This document shows positions 49,382 through 60,100 of a stretch of 64,000 bases of DNA, in pieces. The notes beneath the pieces were generated by a model, which was not told the DNA's origin, did no database searches, and was given only the letters and a program-made list of their open reading frames with translations. Made by a program: the position numbers and the translations under genes. Location of the stretch: the NCBI GenBank assembly GCA_964485655.1, contig CAZAKC010000001.1, positions 1,028 to 65,027 on the forward strand, given 5' to 3'. Positions within the stretch are counted from its first letter, which is position 1. Every line of letters starts with the position of its first letter. Source of the stretch: an uncultured Desulfobacteraceae bacterium. GTDB lineage: Bacteria > Desulfobacterota > DSM-4660 > Desulfatiglandales > Desulfatiglandaceae.

Positions 49382-50278
49382 ATGGGCTCCATTGCTACCA
49401 TGAATTTTGACCACCTTATCGGCCGGGAGGTAGGGACTTCAGTCATCCTTAAAGAGCTCGCCCGTGGCGGAATGGGAGCCATCTTTATTGCCTACCAGAA
49501 GACTCTCAAGCGTCAGATCGCCGTCAAGATCCTACCAAAATCCTTGCTCACACCCACAAGTGCGGAGTTCTTCCGCCAAGAAGCAGAGGCAGCAGCCATA
49601 CTGTCCCATCCCAATATTATTCCTGTATATGAGGTAGGGGATACGGCAGAATTCCTGTTTTTTACCATGCAGCTTGTCAATGGGCGCTCGCTGGAGTATT
49701 ACATCAAGAGGGCGAAAAAGAATCCTATTCCTTCACGGAGGGCATTGCCGGTAAAGGCATCCTTGAAGATACTCATTGATGTGCTCGATGCACTGGACTA
49801 TGCCCATCAACAGGACATCATTCACCGGGATGTAAAGCCAGCCAATATCCTGATGGAAAAGCACACCCAAAGGCCCATCCTTATGGATTTCGGAGTAGCG
49901 AAAATAGCCAGGGGATCTGATGCCACTTCTTCTCTCATATTGGGCACTCCCGGATATATGGCTCCAGAACAAATAGCAGCACGCGAAATAGACGCTAGGG
50001 CGGACATATATGCGGCAGGGACCATGCTCTTTGAAATGCTCTCGCCAAGGTCAATATACCCGAATGTAAGCTCATCCATGGAATTGATGAAACTAAAGCT
50101 AAGCCTTAAGGACCGACTGTTTCCCAAAAGGCCATCTGAGCTAAACCCCAGACTCAATAATGCCATAGATGATATAATATTAAAGGCAGTGGCCTATGAC
50201 CCGGATAAGAGATTTTCCAGTTGCAGGGAGTTTCAAGAGCAGCTCAAGCAATACCTAAAACTCTATTACCAGGACTAG
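49382..50278 (+). CDS. Hanks-type serine/threonine protein kinase (kinase domain only)
   Basis: GGMGAIF...AVKIL, HRDVKPANILM, DFGVAK, GTPGYMAPEQ. No TM or sensor domain. Confidence 0.9.
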   Translation: MGSIATMNFDHLIGREVGTSVILKELARGGMGAIFIAYQKTLKRQIAVKILPKSLLTPTSAEFFRQEAEAAAILSHPNIIPVYEVGDTAEFLFFTMQLVNGRSLEYYIKRAKKNPIPSRRALPVKASLKILIDVLDALDYAHQQDIIHRDVKPANILMEKHTQRPILMDFGVAKIARGSDATSSLILGTPGYMAPEQIAAREIDARADIYAAGTMLFEMLSPRSIYPNVSSSMELMKLKLSLKDRLFPKRPSELNPRLNNAIDDIILKAVAYDPDKRFSSCREFQEQLKQYLKLYYQD

Positions 50279-50280
50279 AT

Positions 50281-52557
50281 ATGGCAGAGGCAAGAATTGA
50301 AAAGCATAAACTGGACCTGTTCGGGAGAAACCTTACCTTAATGCTAAACCGGGCCAGTATGTATACGGTAAATCATCCCTATGTTAAACAGGCCATTGAT
50401 GTGACATATGACGCAACCACTTCTTTACTAGAACACCTCTCACCCCTGGTGTTCATCATGACCCAGGAGAAATTTTTTATTGACGAGGAACCCCTGGACC
50501 CCCGTGTTAACACGAGCCGCATTGTAAATCACTTCAAGAAAAAAGGCATCCAGTCAGTTTCGTTCGAAAAGGGCCTGGAAAAAAGGGAACTCCGCTCCTT
50601 TGTGGAGATCTACTCTACACCGGATAAGTATCCCGACGCCGAGGCAATCAAGAAGGCCTTAACGGCAAGGCGTATACGGCATCTGAAAATTAACCATGTA
50701 TTTTACAAAAAAGTAACCGCCGATGATGAAATCATATCCAAGGACGCCTTGAGAAAAATAACTCCTGACATGATGGAACAGGAGCAGGCCAAATCCAAGA
50801 AAATGTTCCTTGACGCGCTGCTGGAGAGCATCCTCACCGAGGAGTTTCTGAGAACGCTAGATATAAACCAGCTTGTAAAGGATCCCAAAGGATTTTCCCA
50901 CCGGATGATAGAGGCTGGCATTGAAAGCGCAAAAAAGGCCCAGGAGGGAGGACGTGGCGGCGCCACCGTGCAGGATGGTGGCAGTAGTGCTACGGGAAGC
51001 GTGGGTGGCAGCATTGTGGGGGCAAGTGGTGGTCCTGGAGCCGGTCCGGTGCTGGTCAGGCAATTGGAATTGATCGAGCAAGAAATAGAAAAAAATATCT
51101 CAGAAGGAGCGAGCCTTGAATTGCCTGATCTGGCTAATGCCCTCTTTGAGATGAAGAAAGAACTCCTGGAAGCCATAGAGGCACAGAAGTCCCTGGGGAT
51201 GACTTTTTCCGACGAAGAAAAAATAATGGAAAAGGCCAACCATATCACCGATCGGGTTCTGATTCGGCTCGTCAAACAGGAGTATGCCGGAGGACAAACG
51301 GCGGTTGCTCGTCTCGCCCAGATTATCCGCCGCCTGGTACCTGATCCCCAAGAGATAAAACGCCTATTGCCCAAGATAAAGACAGCTCTTTTGGCCGAAG
51401 GTATGCCTCTTGAAGATTACCTCCAGTTAATCCGGGAACTGGGCAAAGAATTAAGAGGAGAGGAACTGGCCAAGGTATTAGAAGACAGCTCAGAGGAGAT
51501 AGGCATTGATCCAGAGCAATTGCTTGAGGAGGTAAGAAATAATCCCGCCCGGGCAGCAGAACTCATCTATCTGGCCGCAGAGATTCGTAAAGGCTCCGGA
51601 GATGACAAGGTACTGTCCGACATCCTCATCGAATATATAGAACGGCTTGGGACAAAGTTAAGTGAAGACTTTGAGGAGCAAGAATCAAAAGAGGGCGAGC
51701 AGCATGTCCGCACAGTCATGAGCGAGATACAGTCCAAGATACTGGAAAAGCTGAAAGGCAGGGAGATGCACAATGACATACTGGCACGCCTTGAGCAACG
51801 AATTAACCAAAGGGTGGATGAGATGCTCGACAAGCTCCGATTGGAGTGGCTGGAGCGCAATTCAGGCGCCACAGAGCAGACAATACATGAGGAACTCTCA
51901 GTACTCGATACCCTTGAGCAAAGTGCAGGCCAGGATGAAGAACTAGCCGATATCCTCAAGGTAGTAAGGGCGAAAGTGGACGCTGAAGAGATAGACGAAA
52001 ACGATTTTGCTCAAATCCACAGAGAAATTTTGAACGAATGGAATAGACGAGAGGCTGAGCGAGCTAGCCAGGGATTGCCCGCCGGCATTCTGGATGAACA
52101 CAACCTCCTGCTTTTCCTGGAAAAGGAACTAGCCCGTGTGGCAAGATACAATATACCTTTCTCTGCAGCAGCTTTCACGGTCGTAAAAGCCAAACCCAGG
52201 GTTCAGGTACCCTCCGGGACCATCTCCCGCCAAGACATCTTGGACAAGGTGCTCCACATGCTTGCCAATACTTTCAGGGAAACTGACATTGTGGGCCAGG
52301 TTGGGAAGAATAAGATCGTGGCCCTTCTGCCCATGACTCCTCTTGAGGACGCAAAGCTTGCCATGCGAAGGGTTATCAGGATCTTTCACTCCAAACCCAT
52401 TGAGCTAAACGGCCTCCATCTTGACCTAAGGGTGGCGGGTGCTGCAATCGACATGGGCACCCAGGAGAAGTCCGATACGGATTCATTCCTTAAAGCCCTC
52501 TTTCAGCAACTCTCTGATATGGCCACAAGAATCAGGAACATCCATGCCTTCCTCTGA
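50281..52557 (+). CDS. Large cytoplasmic protein: conserved-looking N-domain, Gly-rich linker, acidic coiled-coil region, C-terminal degenerate GGDEF-like domain
   Basis: The C-terminus aligns by eye to a GGDEF domain, but GGDEF is replaced by GKNKI (FRETDIVGQVGKNKIVALLP) and the upstream metal-binding Asp region reads FTVVKAK. The ATG is 2 nt after the kinase stop. Confidence 0.6.
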   Translation: MAEARIEKHKLDLFGRNLTLMLNRASMYTVNHPYVKQAIDVTYDATTSLLEHLSPLVFIMTQEKFFIDEEPLDPRVNTSRIVNHFKKKGIQSVSFEKGLEKRELRSFVEIYSTPDKYPDAEAIKKALTARRIRHLKINHVFYKKVTADDEIISKDALRKITPDMMEQEQAKSKKMFLDALLESILTEEFLRTLDINQLVKDPKGFSHRMIEAGIESAKKAQEGGRGGATVQDGGSSATGSVGGSIVGASGGPGAGPVLVRQLELIEQEIEKNISEGASLELPDLANALFEMKKELLEAIEAQKSLGMTFSDEEKIMEKANHITDRVLIRLVKQEYAGGQTAVARLAQIIRRLVPDPQEIKRLLPKIKTALLAEGMPLEDYLQLIRELGKELRGEELAKVLEDSSEEIGIDPEQLLEEVRNNPARAAELIYLAAEIRKGSGDDKVLSDILIEYIERLGTKLSEDFEEQESKEGEQHVRTVMSEIQSKILEKLKGREMHNDILARLEQRINQRVDEMLDKLRLEWLERNSGATEQTIHEELSVLDTLEQSAGQDEELADILKVVRAKVDAEEIDENDFAQIHREILNEWNRREAERASQGLPAGILDEHNLLLFLEKELARVARYNIPFSAAAFTVVKAKPRVQVPSGTISRQDILDKVLHMLANTFRETDIVGQVGKNKIVALLPMTPLEDAKLAMRRVIRIFHSKPIELNGLHLDLRVAGAAIDMGTQEKSDTDSFLKALFQQLSDMATRIRNIHAFL

Positions 52558-52656
52558 GGCCCCACCTTGTCGGTTCCGTGACAATAAGTTTGACACTACC
52601 TTGTGCCATTGCTAGTAAAAGGAATTTAATTCATCGATTGCAGGAGGGCCATATCA

Positions 52657-54015
52657 ATGGCCAAGAGACCTCATACTGTCTTCGTATGTCAGAACTGCGG
52701 CTATCAAGCCCCAAAGTGGATGGGACGCTGCCCCGATTGTGGCAAATGGGACAGCCTAGCCGAAACGAGGGTGGAAAACACACCTATGGATAAGGAAAAA
52801 ATTCCCTGCGCCGAGCCCCAGACAATAGAGAACATCGCCATCGACCACCAGATACGAATCAAGACTGCAATAGACGAATTTGACAGGATTCTTGGTGGCG
52901 GGATAGTTTCGGGCTCACTTATACTGATAGGGGGGGAGCCTGGAATCGGCAAGTCAACCCTGGTTTTTCAGGTACTGGACTACCTTGCTCGCTCCGGCCT
53001 GAAGGTTCTCTATGTCACGGGAGAGGAGTCAATGGCCCAAATAAAGATGCGCGCGTTGCGCCTTGGCATCTCATCACCTCTGCTCTATGTGCTGGCAGTG
53101 ACAAGTATTCAGGACTGCCTCCATAAGGCCGAACAACTAAGACCTGCTGTTGTGGCCATTGATTCTATCCAGACCATGTATTCTGAGGAGCTAGCCTCCG
53201 CCCCCGGCACCGTGGGCCAGGTGAGAGAGGTGGCTGCCAAATTGCTTGGTTTCGGCAAATCAACCGCCACGGCCGTATTCCTCATAGGTCATGTAACGAA
53301 AGAGGGGTCACTAGCAGGGCCAAAAGTACTCGAACATCTTGTTGACACGGTCTTGTATTTTGAAGGAGAGTCAAATCACCTTTACAGGATCTTGCGTTCA
53401 GTCAAGAACCGCTATGGCTCCACAAATGAAATAGGCGTTTTTGAAATGCGCGATAGCGGTCTAAAAGAAGTAGGAAATCCTTCTCTTATATTCTTGCAAC
53501 AAAGACCTGAAGGTGCTTCTGGTTCAGTGGTCATCCCCTGTATCGAGGGAACCAGGCCTTTGCTCCTCGAGGTTCAAGCCCTCGTGGGGGCAAGCTCATT
53601 TGGCCTCCCCAGACGTACCTGCATTGGGGTCGACCCTAACCGTGTCGCGCTCCTGGTGGCAATTCTTGGTAAAAGGCTTGGCCTTGAGCTCGGAGATCAA
53701 GACATCTTTGTAAATGTAACAGGCGGGCTAAGATTGGAAGAACCTGCATCAGACCTGGGTCTGGTGGCCGCGTTGCTCTCCAGTTTCTTCAACAGGCCCG
53801 TAGATATGAAAACAACCATCTTTGGCGAGGTGGGCCTGGCAGGAGAGGTCCGCGGGGTAAATCAGCCTCTCCTGCGCCTGAGGGAAGCAGCCCGACTGGG
53901 TTTCACCAGGTGCATAACCTCGTGCAATACCACTGCTGTGGTGGAACCGCCTTCTGGTATCGGACTTCTGGGGGTGGGCTCTGTCCAAGATCTCTATGAG
54001 ACCCTTTTTGCATGA
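52657..54015 (+). CDS. radA: DNA repair protein RadA/Sms
   Basis: N-terminal zinc finger CQNCGYQAPKWMGRCPDCGKW, Walker A GGEPGIGKST, KNRYGS, Lon-like C-domain. Confidence 0.95.
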   Translation: MAKRPHTVFVCQNCGYQAPKWMGRCPDCGKWDSLAETRVENTPMDKEKIPCAEPQTIENIAIDHQIRIKTAIDEFDRILGGGIVSGSLILIGGEPGIGKSTLVFQVLDYLARSGLKVLYVTGEESMAQIKMRALRLGISSPLLYVLAVTSIQDCLHKAEQLRPAVVAIDSIQTMYSEELASAPGTVGQVREVAAKLLGFGKSTATAVFLIGHVTKEGSLAGPKVLEHLVDTVLYFEGESNHLYRILRSVKNRYGSTNEIGVFEMRDSGLKEVGNPSLIFLQQRPEGASGSVVIPCIEGTRPLLLEVQALVGASSFGLPRRTCIGVDPNRVALLVAILGKRLGLELGDQDIFVNVTGGLRLEEPASDLGLVAALLSSFFNRPVDMKTTIFGEVGLAGEVRGVNQPLLRLREAARLGFTRCITSCNTTAVVEPPSGIGLLGVGSVQDLYETLFA

Positions 54016-54022
54016 TCCCGCC

Positions 54023-54889
54023 TCACAATACCACGCCTGTCAGGGTAGATATGGTAACATCTCTCGCCGTTTTGTAAGCAATGGGCCCCCTGTCCAGGGA
54101 AGCCGGGCCCACCGGCGGACACTCAGAGTTGACTTCCAGGACCTCTACACCTCTGTCCCGGGCTATCTGGCATTGACTCTTGTAACATTCATATCTCCCT
54201 ATATCAAAAGCACACCTGTGGATCTGAAAAGGGGTGAATTTTCTATTCAATAGCTTGTTATCATCCGCGGAAAGGGTAGCCGAGGTTAGGAAGTGTACAA
54301 TGATGGTGTCTACAGAGGCTAGATCAAGCACTGCCTTTACTGGGGCCTTGTTTGTTACGCCACCATCGACAAGAAACCACCCGTAGTGTCGCACGGGCTT
54401 GAAGAGGCCTGGGACCGCACCTGAGGCCGCAATAGCCTTTATGAGATCCCCTTTGGTGAAGACTTCCTCCCGCATCAGGCTTATATTCGTTGCCACAATA
54501 GCCAGGGGTGATGCGCACTGCTCGAAGCTCCGAATTGGGATGTACTTTTCCAGAAGCTTTTGAAAGCGCCTTCCCCTAAGGTATCCGGCGTATCCCTTTA
54601 GTAATCTCAAAGAGGCAGCCAGTACTTTATACCAGGGATCGGGATCCCAAAAATCCTCCTTCTTCAGGGAAAAAAGTGCCTGGCTTATCTCATCATCCCT
54701 CATCCCACATGCTGCCATGGCAGCCAGAATCGCCCCTGAACTGGCCCCTGAAAATGCTACCGGCGTCAGGCCCAGTTTCCGAATTCCCGCGAGAAAACCT
54801 GCATGGGCAAAAAAACCGAAAAAGCCCGAGGAAAATACGATGCCAATCTTCTTGGGCACGGCCCTCCTCAATCGCCCGGCAGCTACCAC
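54023..54889 (-). CDS. Patatin-like phospholipase
   Basis: GASSGA (GxSxG nucleophile) and VDGGV (catalytic Asp). The start overlaps the upstream LysM gene by 7 nt. Confidence 0.85.
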   Translation of the reverse strand: MVAAGRLRRAVPKKIGIVFSSGFFGFFAHAGFLAGIRKLGLTPVAFSGASSGAILAAMAACGMRDDEISQALFSLKKEDFWDPDPWYKVLAASLRLLKGYAGYLRGRRFQKLLEKYIPIRSFEQCASPLAIVATNISLMREEVFTKGDLIKAIAASGAVPGLFKPVRHYGWFLVDGGVTNKAPVKAVLDLASVDTIIVHFLTSATLSADDNKLLNRKFTPFQIHRCAFDIGRYECYKSQCQIARDRGVEVLEVNSECPPVGPASLDRGPIAYKTARDVTISTLTGVVL

Positions 54890-56682
54890 TTCACAAGAGG
54901 CAGGATATGGAATCCCTGAACTGCTAAAAACTGCTTAAGATCCCGGTTCAAGGAGATAGAGGTTGCGAACACAGCATTTCTCTGTTTATCCGCAAACACG
55001 ATACCAGGCACCTTAATCTTTACGCGTGGTTGATATCTTCCGTTTGAGGCCACCAGGGTATGAAGCCCTCTTTCAAAGGGTACCCCCAGAAAACTCAGTG
55101 TGGCGGCGAGCACATCTTCAGGGTCCTTTTCCCCCGCCAGTTGAAGGACCATGAACTCATGCTCATGAAGAAACGACAGCACGTCCTTTTCCAGCCCGCT
55201 CAGATCTATAATACCTTCATGTCCCTTTACTTTCAAAAACAGGTCAGCCTTGATTACCAAATTGAAGTCACTTTTCTCATTACCTATTACCGGAATCTCC
55301 ACATTCTCCCTGAACTTGAACCCTCTTAACCTGAGGATAGATACCACCAGTTCCCTGGGATCATGGCCCGAAGGGATCTCTTCGACCCGAGGAGAAGACG
55401 CCACAGGGTTGCTTTGCGGAGGCGGATATGTCACTATCTTGACCCCTACTGTTTCCAGGAATCTCATCACCGGCTTGCTCAAGGTTCCCGAGGCCTCATT
55501 ATGGCGCAGGGTCAGGACCACAATTCGGAATCCCTTCTCAAGAGGTTTGCTCGATCTTACAAGCACCCAGTCACCTGTCAGAGAGATAGGAACAGGTCCC
55601 TCCATCTCAAGAGGTTGGTCCTGTGTTAGAACTTGGACGTACCCTGCTTGGCTAAAGATTTCGTTCAAAATCTTGCGTAGATCATCGCCGTTTTCCAGGT
55701 GCACAACCCTGTAATTGAGCCAGGTCTGCTCGATCAATCTCGAGACCTCATCTGGTAGCTTATGGTACGTGTCAAGTATTATACGGCGACCTGTTATAAA
55801 CGTGATCAACGGAAAAGAAGAGGCCTTTAAATCTATCTGGCCACCGGAGCGTAGAGGAATGAAATGCTCACCCGTGTCTTTCCATTCTTCCCCAATTGCC
55901 AGGAATATATTCTTGAGGTCCTTGACATGCGGACTTGGCGACTCATTGCCTTTCAGCAAGGCGATTTTCTTGGGCCTCTCTTCCTTTTTAATGGGCTTCC
56001 TGACAATCTCGGGAGAATAGATTGGAAGACGTATCTTTTGCCCCGGATAGACCTTGTTAAGATCTTTGATACTGGGATTCAGCTTTCGAACGAGTCCAAG
56101 GTATTCCGTATACAATCTCGCCGGCGGGATGTTATATTTCCCCATAACCACCTTGATGATACTATCACCTGGTTGGATCGTGTAATTTTCAAGCTTCATT
56201 CCTCCTAGTTCCACGATACTGGCCTTTACCTGTACAGGTTTATGAGTCAATGGTGCAGTGCCCTTTATGGGCACAATTTTCAAGGGTATTAGTATTTCCT
56301 GCCCCGGATGAATCAGGTCCAGATCTGTCAGGGAGCTGTTTAGTTCCTTCAGAGTGGAAAGCAAAACCGGGAGATTGCCTCTTTTGAGGAGTCCTTTTTT
56401 CCTCAGGATCTGCCAAATATGCTCTCCTTCCTTCACTTTATGTGGCTCAGCCAGGACCTTTTTATTGCCGACAGTCCTGACTTGCTCGGCAATTCCGGCT
56501 GTCTTCTGAAGTGTAATGGTGTAGGTCTTTTCCTCCTGGGCCAACGCCAGTGAGGTCCCTAGCGTGATAACCACAGCCACAAAGACCATGGCTAGCGCCA
56601 CTATCAGCGCCTCAGCCCCTCTGTGCCTTTTTTCCTTCCAATTTGCCTTCACGTGCCTGCTCCTGGCTCGACACAAGTCCAA
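54883..56682 (-). CDS. Membrane-anchored protein with two LysM domains and an uncharacterised ~350-aa C-terminal region
   Basis: N-terminal TM (ALIVALAMVFVAVVITLG). LysM-like segments: HKVKEGEHIWQILRK...IHPGQEILIP and YTIQPGDSIIKVV...VYPGQKIRLP. TTG start at 56682 is uncertain. Confidence 0.7.
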   Translation of the reverse strand: MDLCRARSRHVKANWKEKRHRGAEALIVALAMVFVAVVITLGTSLALAQEEKTYTITLQKTAGIAEQVRTVGNKKVLAEPHKVKEGEHIWQILRKKGLLKRGNLPVLLSTLKELNSSLTDLDLIHPGQEILIPLKIVPIKGTAPLTHKPVQVKASIVELGGMKLENYTIQPGDSIIKVVMGKYNIPPARLYTEYLGLVRKLNPSIKDLNKVYPGQKIRLPIYSPEIVRKPIKKEERPKKIALLKGNESPSPHVKDLKNIFLAIGEEWKDTGEHFIPLRSGGQIDLKASSFPLITFITGRRIILDTYHKLPDEVSRLIEQTWLNYRVVHLENGDDLRKILNEIFSQAGYVQVLTQDQPLEMEGPVPISLTGDWVLVRSSKPLEKGFRIVVLTLRHNEASGTLSKPVMRFLETVGVKIVTYPPPQSNPVASSPRVEEIPSGHDPRELVVSILRLRGFKFRENVEIPVIGNEKSDFNLVIKADLFLKVKGHEGIIDLSGLEKDVLSFLHEHEFMVLQLAGEKDPEDVLAATLSFLGVPFERGLHTLVASNGRYQPRVKIKVPGIVFADKQRNAVFATSISLNRDLKQFLAVQGFHILPLVKW

Positions 56683-56787
56683 GTTCGGAATATCTATTTT
56701 AATTAATTGATAATAAATTTAGTCAAATAGTGTCAACTTATTTTGTTTCGAAATTTACGAAAGTACAATATCTTGTTGAAGATGTGA

Positions 56788-56808
56788 ACCATATATACAC
56801 CATATGGT
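56788..56808. promoter_or_regulatory. Inverted repeat ACCATAT-N7-ATATGGT in the divergent LysM-gene/smc spacer
   Basis: Perfect 7-bp arms at 56788-56794 and 56802-56808, in an AT-rich stretch. Candidate operator. Confidence 0.3.
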
Positions 56809-56936
56809 ATTAGCGCTTTACTTTCCAGCATTTTTATGCTAATGGCTAAGTAAATTGTGGCCTGGATGCAAGGTTGTGGTTAGGAGTTTTTCCTGTATAC
56901 TAATGACTAGTGCCTATCCGACTATCGGCTTTTCCG

Positions 56937-56971
56937 GACAGGGATGTTTAATTTCAGCTTTCATCCCTGTC
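56937..56971. other. Perfect 10-bp stem / 15-nt loop hairpin in the smc upstream region
   Basis: GACAGGGATG-tttaatttcagcttt-CATCCCTGTC. No U-run on either strand. Lies ~140 nt upstream of the smc ATG. Confidence 0.5.
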
Positions 56972-57113
56972 AGCAGGAAGGTCTTAACAGGAACGGCGAA
57001 AGAACACCTCATTACCGTGATTGCTGATAGCTCAAGGCTTATGTTTCTATCAAGAAATCTATGAGTTATGGATGCAAACGTATTAAGTACAAACCAGGAG
57101 ACAACCACCTTAG

Positions 57114-60100
57114 ATGAGACTTAAAAGCCTCTCAATTCTTGGCTTTAAATCCTTTATGGATAGGGTCCAGATCTCTTTTCCCAAAGGCATATCTGCTATA
57201 GTCGGGCCCAATGGCTGCGGAAAAAGCAATATAGTTGACGCTATTCGGTGGTGCATGGGCGAACAGAGCCCCAAAAAGTTGCGCGGCCGCAGCATGGAAG
57301 ATGTCATCTTCAATGGTGCAGGAGAGCATAAACCCCTGGGTATGGCAGAGGTCACCATTGTCCTGGATAACCCGGGAAGCGAAATGCCCCCGGGCATCAT
57401 GCAGCAACCGGAGATAGCCGTCACCCGACGTCTATATCGCTCAGGAGAAAGCGAATACCTGATTAACAATATTCCATGCCGCCTCAAGGACATCCTGGAG
57501 CTTTTCATGGACACTGGTCTGGGCAATCGCGCTTACTCCCTTATAGGACAGGGGATGATAGGCGCTATCGTGGATCAAAAGCCTGAAGAAACCAGACAGA
57601 TGCTAGAAGAGGCCGCCGGGATCACAAGATACAGAAAAAAAGTGGAGGAGTCGCAGAAAAAGATCACCCTCACAGAGGCAAATCTGCAGCGAGTGGAAGA
57701 TATCCTGGGTGAAGTTGAACGTCAAATGCGTTCCTTAAAAAGACAAGCTGCAAAAGCCAAAAAATACAATTCCGTATGTGAACAGATAAAGGAATTAGAG
57801 CTGCAACTCTTCTCTAGCCTGTTTGGCGAACTCAAGACCCAGTCTCGAGTCAAGGACACGGCCATTCGTGATCTCGTTCAAGAAGAGGTTGCCCAATCAG
57901 CACACGTGGGCCGTCTTCAAAATGAGATACAGGTCCTGGGTTTAAAGTTAGAAGAAACAGAAAAGAAAGTTACAGAACTGAGAAATTCATATCTGGGAAT
58001 AAGAGAAAGGTTACAGGCCAAGGAAGCCTTGCTGGAATCCCTTGATCATGAACGAAATTTGCAGCAACAAATGGAACTAAGGCTCAGGGAAGAAAAAAGG
58101 ACCTATCAGGAACGCAGCTCAAAACTCAAGCAAGAAGACAGAGAGATCAGAGCTGAAATAGAAGATGTCGCTGCGCGCTTGGAGCGACTTCGGGTTAACG
58201 TATCTGTCCAAGAGCAGATAGTTGCTTCAAAACAGGCAATGCTAAACAAGGTACGAGAGGATTTTGAGGACCTCAGAGAATCCCTCACCACGAACAGGGA
58301 GAGAGAATCAGACCTGGAGCATGAGTCAGGATATATCGAGAAAATTCTTGCCCAAATCTCGGACACCAGGACACAACTGGAAAAAGAATTACACGAGATA
58401 AAGGCCAAGAAGCAAGAAATATTACAGGCATCGGAGACGAGAAACAGAGTCCGTGAAACAGAGGCGCAAAGACTTGAGCAGATACAAGAGGCAATTGAAC
58501 ACGAAAGCGCAAAGAACAAGCAATGTGAATACAAAGTTGAGGTAGTCCAACAGCGCCTGAAAGACGTTGAGGCTGAACTCAATGCAGCGCGCTCCCGCTT
58601 AGGTTCTCTGAAGACCCTGGCTGAAAATTTCGAAGGCTTCCAGGTTGGGGTCAGAACCATTATGAAGGCAAGGGACCTGGAACCTAAACAAAAGGGGCAT
58701 ATCCTTGGCCTTGTTGCAGACGTAATCGAGGTTGAGCCTAAATATGAACAGGCTGTGGAGGCAGTACTATCGGACAAGTTGCAGTACGTGATAGTGGAAT
58801 CACATGAAGACGGCAAAGAGGCAATTCAGTACCTGAAATCCAAGGCAAAGGGTAGAAGTAGTTTCGTCCCCCTCAGAGACTTAAACGGAAACGGATCTCG
58901 GCCTGGCAAACACAATGGTTTTCCAGCCCTTCAGGATCTCGTGAAGACAAAGGACAGCTTCCGCCCCATTATCAATGCACTCCTTGGCCATACCATTGTG
59001 GTAGATGATCTGGACACCGCCATCAAAGCCTGGAGAAGCAATGGGAGGAACCAGTGCATTGTCACCCTTGAAGGAGATGTGGTAGATGAAAGAGGGATTA
59101 TCAGTGGTGGCAAACTTCTTAAAACCTCAAAGGGCCTCCTTTCGAGGAAAAGAGAAATCGCTCAACTGGAAACATTGGTTCAGACCAAGGCACAAGAGGT
59201 CGAGACACTTCGGATGGATCTAAGCACGCTTGAGGAAAGGCTTAAGAAAGGAAAAGCCAGCATTGAGGCCAGGATGGAAGAGCGCTGGGAGTGCCAGGAC
59301 AGGATTAACCAAACTGACAGTGTCCTTTTCCGCCTCAGTCAGGAACTAGACCGCATTGAAAATCTTGAGATCCAAATCCAAAAGGAGATGCAATCCAAAG
59401 AAAAAGAAAGAGCTAGGCACAAAACAAAATTGCAGGAAATAGCTGAGCGATTGCGGCGCTCTAAAGACCTGCGGGCTACAAAAGAGGCCTATTTTACTGA
59501 AAAACAGGAAGAACTCAAGCAGTGCCAAGATGCCCTGGAGAAAAGCAAGGAACAGTTGTCTGCCCTCAAGGCGGACTCTCGCATAGTAGAAGAGGAGCTA
59601 AGGGGCCTCAATAAACAACTCCACAGAGTTCAATCGTATCTATCGGAGGCAAGCGAGCGCCTGGAAAAAATTGATGGAGAAATCCAGGAAGCAAAGGACA
59701 AACAGCTTGCTTACGCAGAGGAGAAAAGACACGCAGCCCTGCTAGTTGAAGATCTTCGCGAAGACCTTCAGAGAGCCGAAGGCAAGGTTAGGTCAGAAGA
59801 AAGGAAAAAACAGGAACTGCACAGCAAGATCAAAGAAATGGAAAAACGGTTGGATACTGGAAGAAGGCAGCTTAATGATCTAAAAGAACGTATTAACAGG
59901 GCGAAGATGGAGGGATCCGAAATCCAAGTCAAGATGAACAGCCTGGCTGACATGGCTAGAGAAAAATACGGTGTTGACCTCCCTACCATATATCAGGAAC
60001 TGAGCGTAGAGGGATTTTCAGAAGCAGAGCTTCGCCAGGACATTGAGGACAAGAAACAACTCAAGCAGAAGTTGGGGGAGGTGAACCTTGCGGCCATAAA

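Noticed and set aside
58106-58816. 236-aa - strand ORF inside smc, plus similar antisense ORFs at 50703-51374, 14151-14879, 59993-60439 and 27405-28010
   Set aside because: All are embedded antisense to confidently identified genes. Their products are Ser/Cys/Leu-rich with no recognisable domains or start-site signals.
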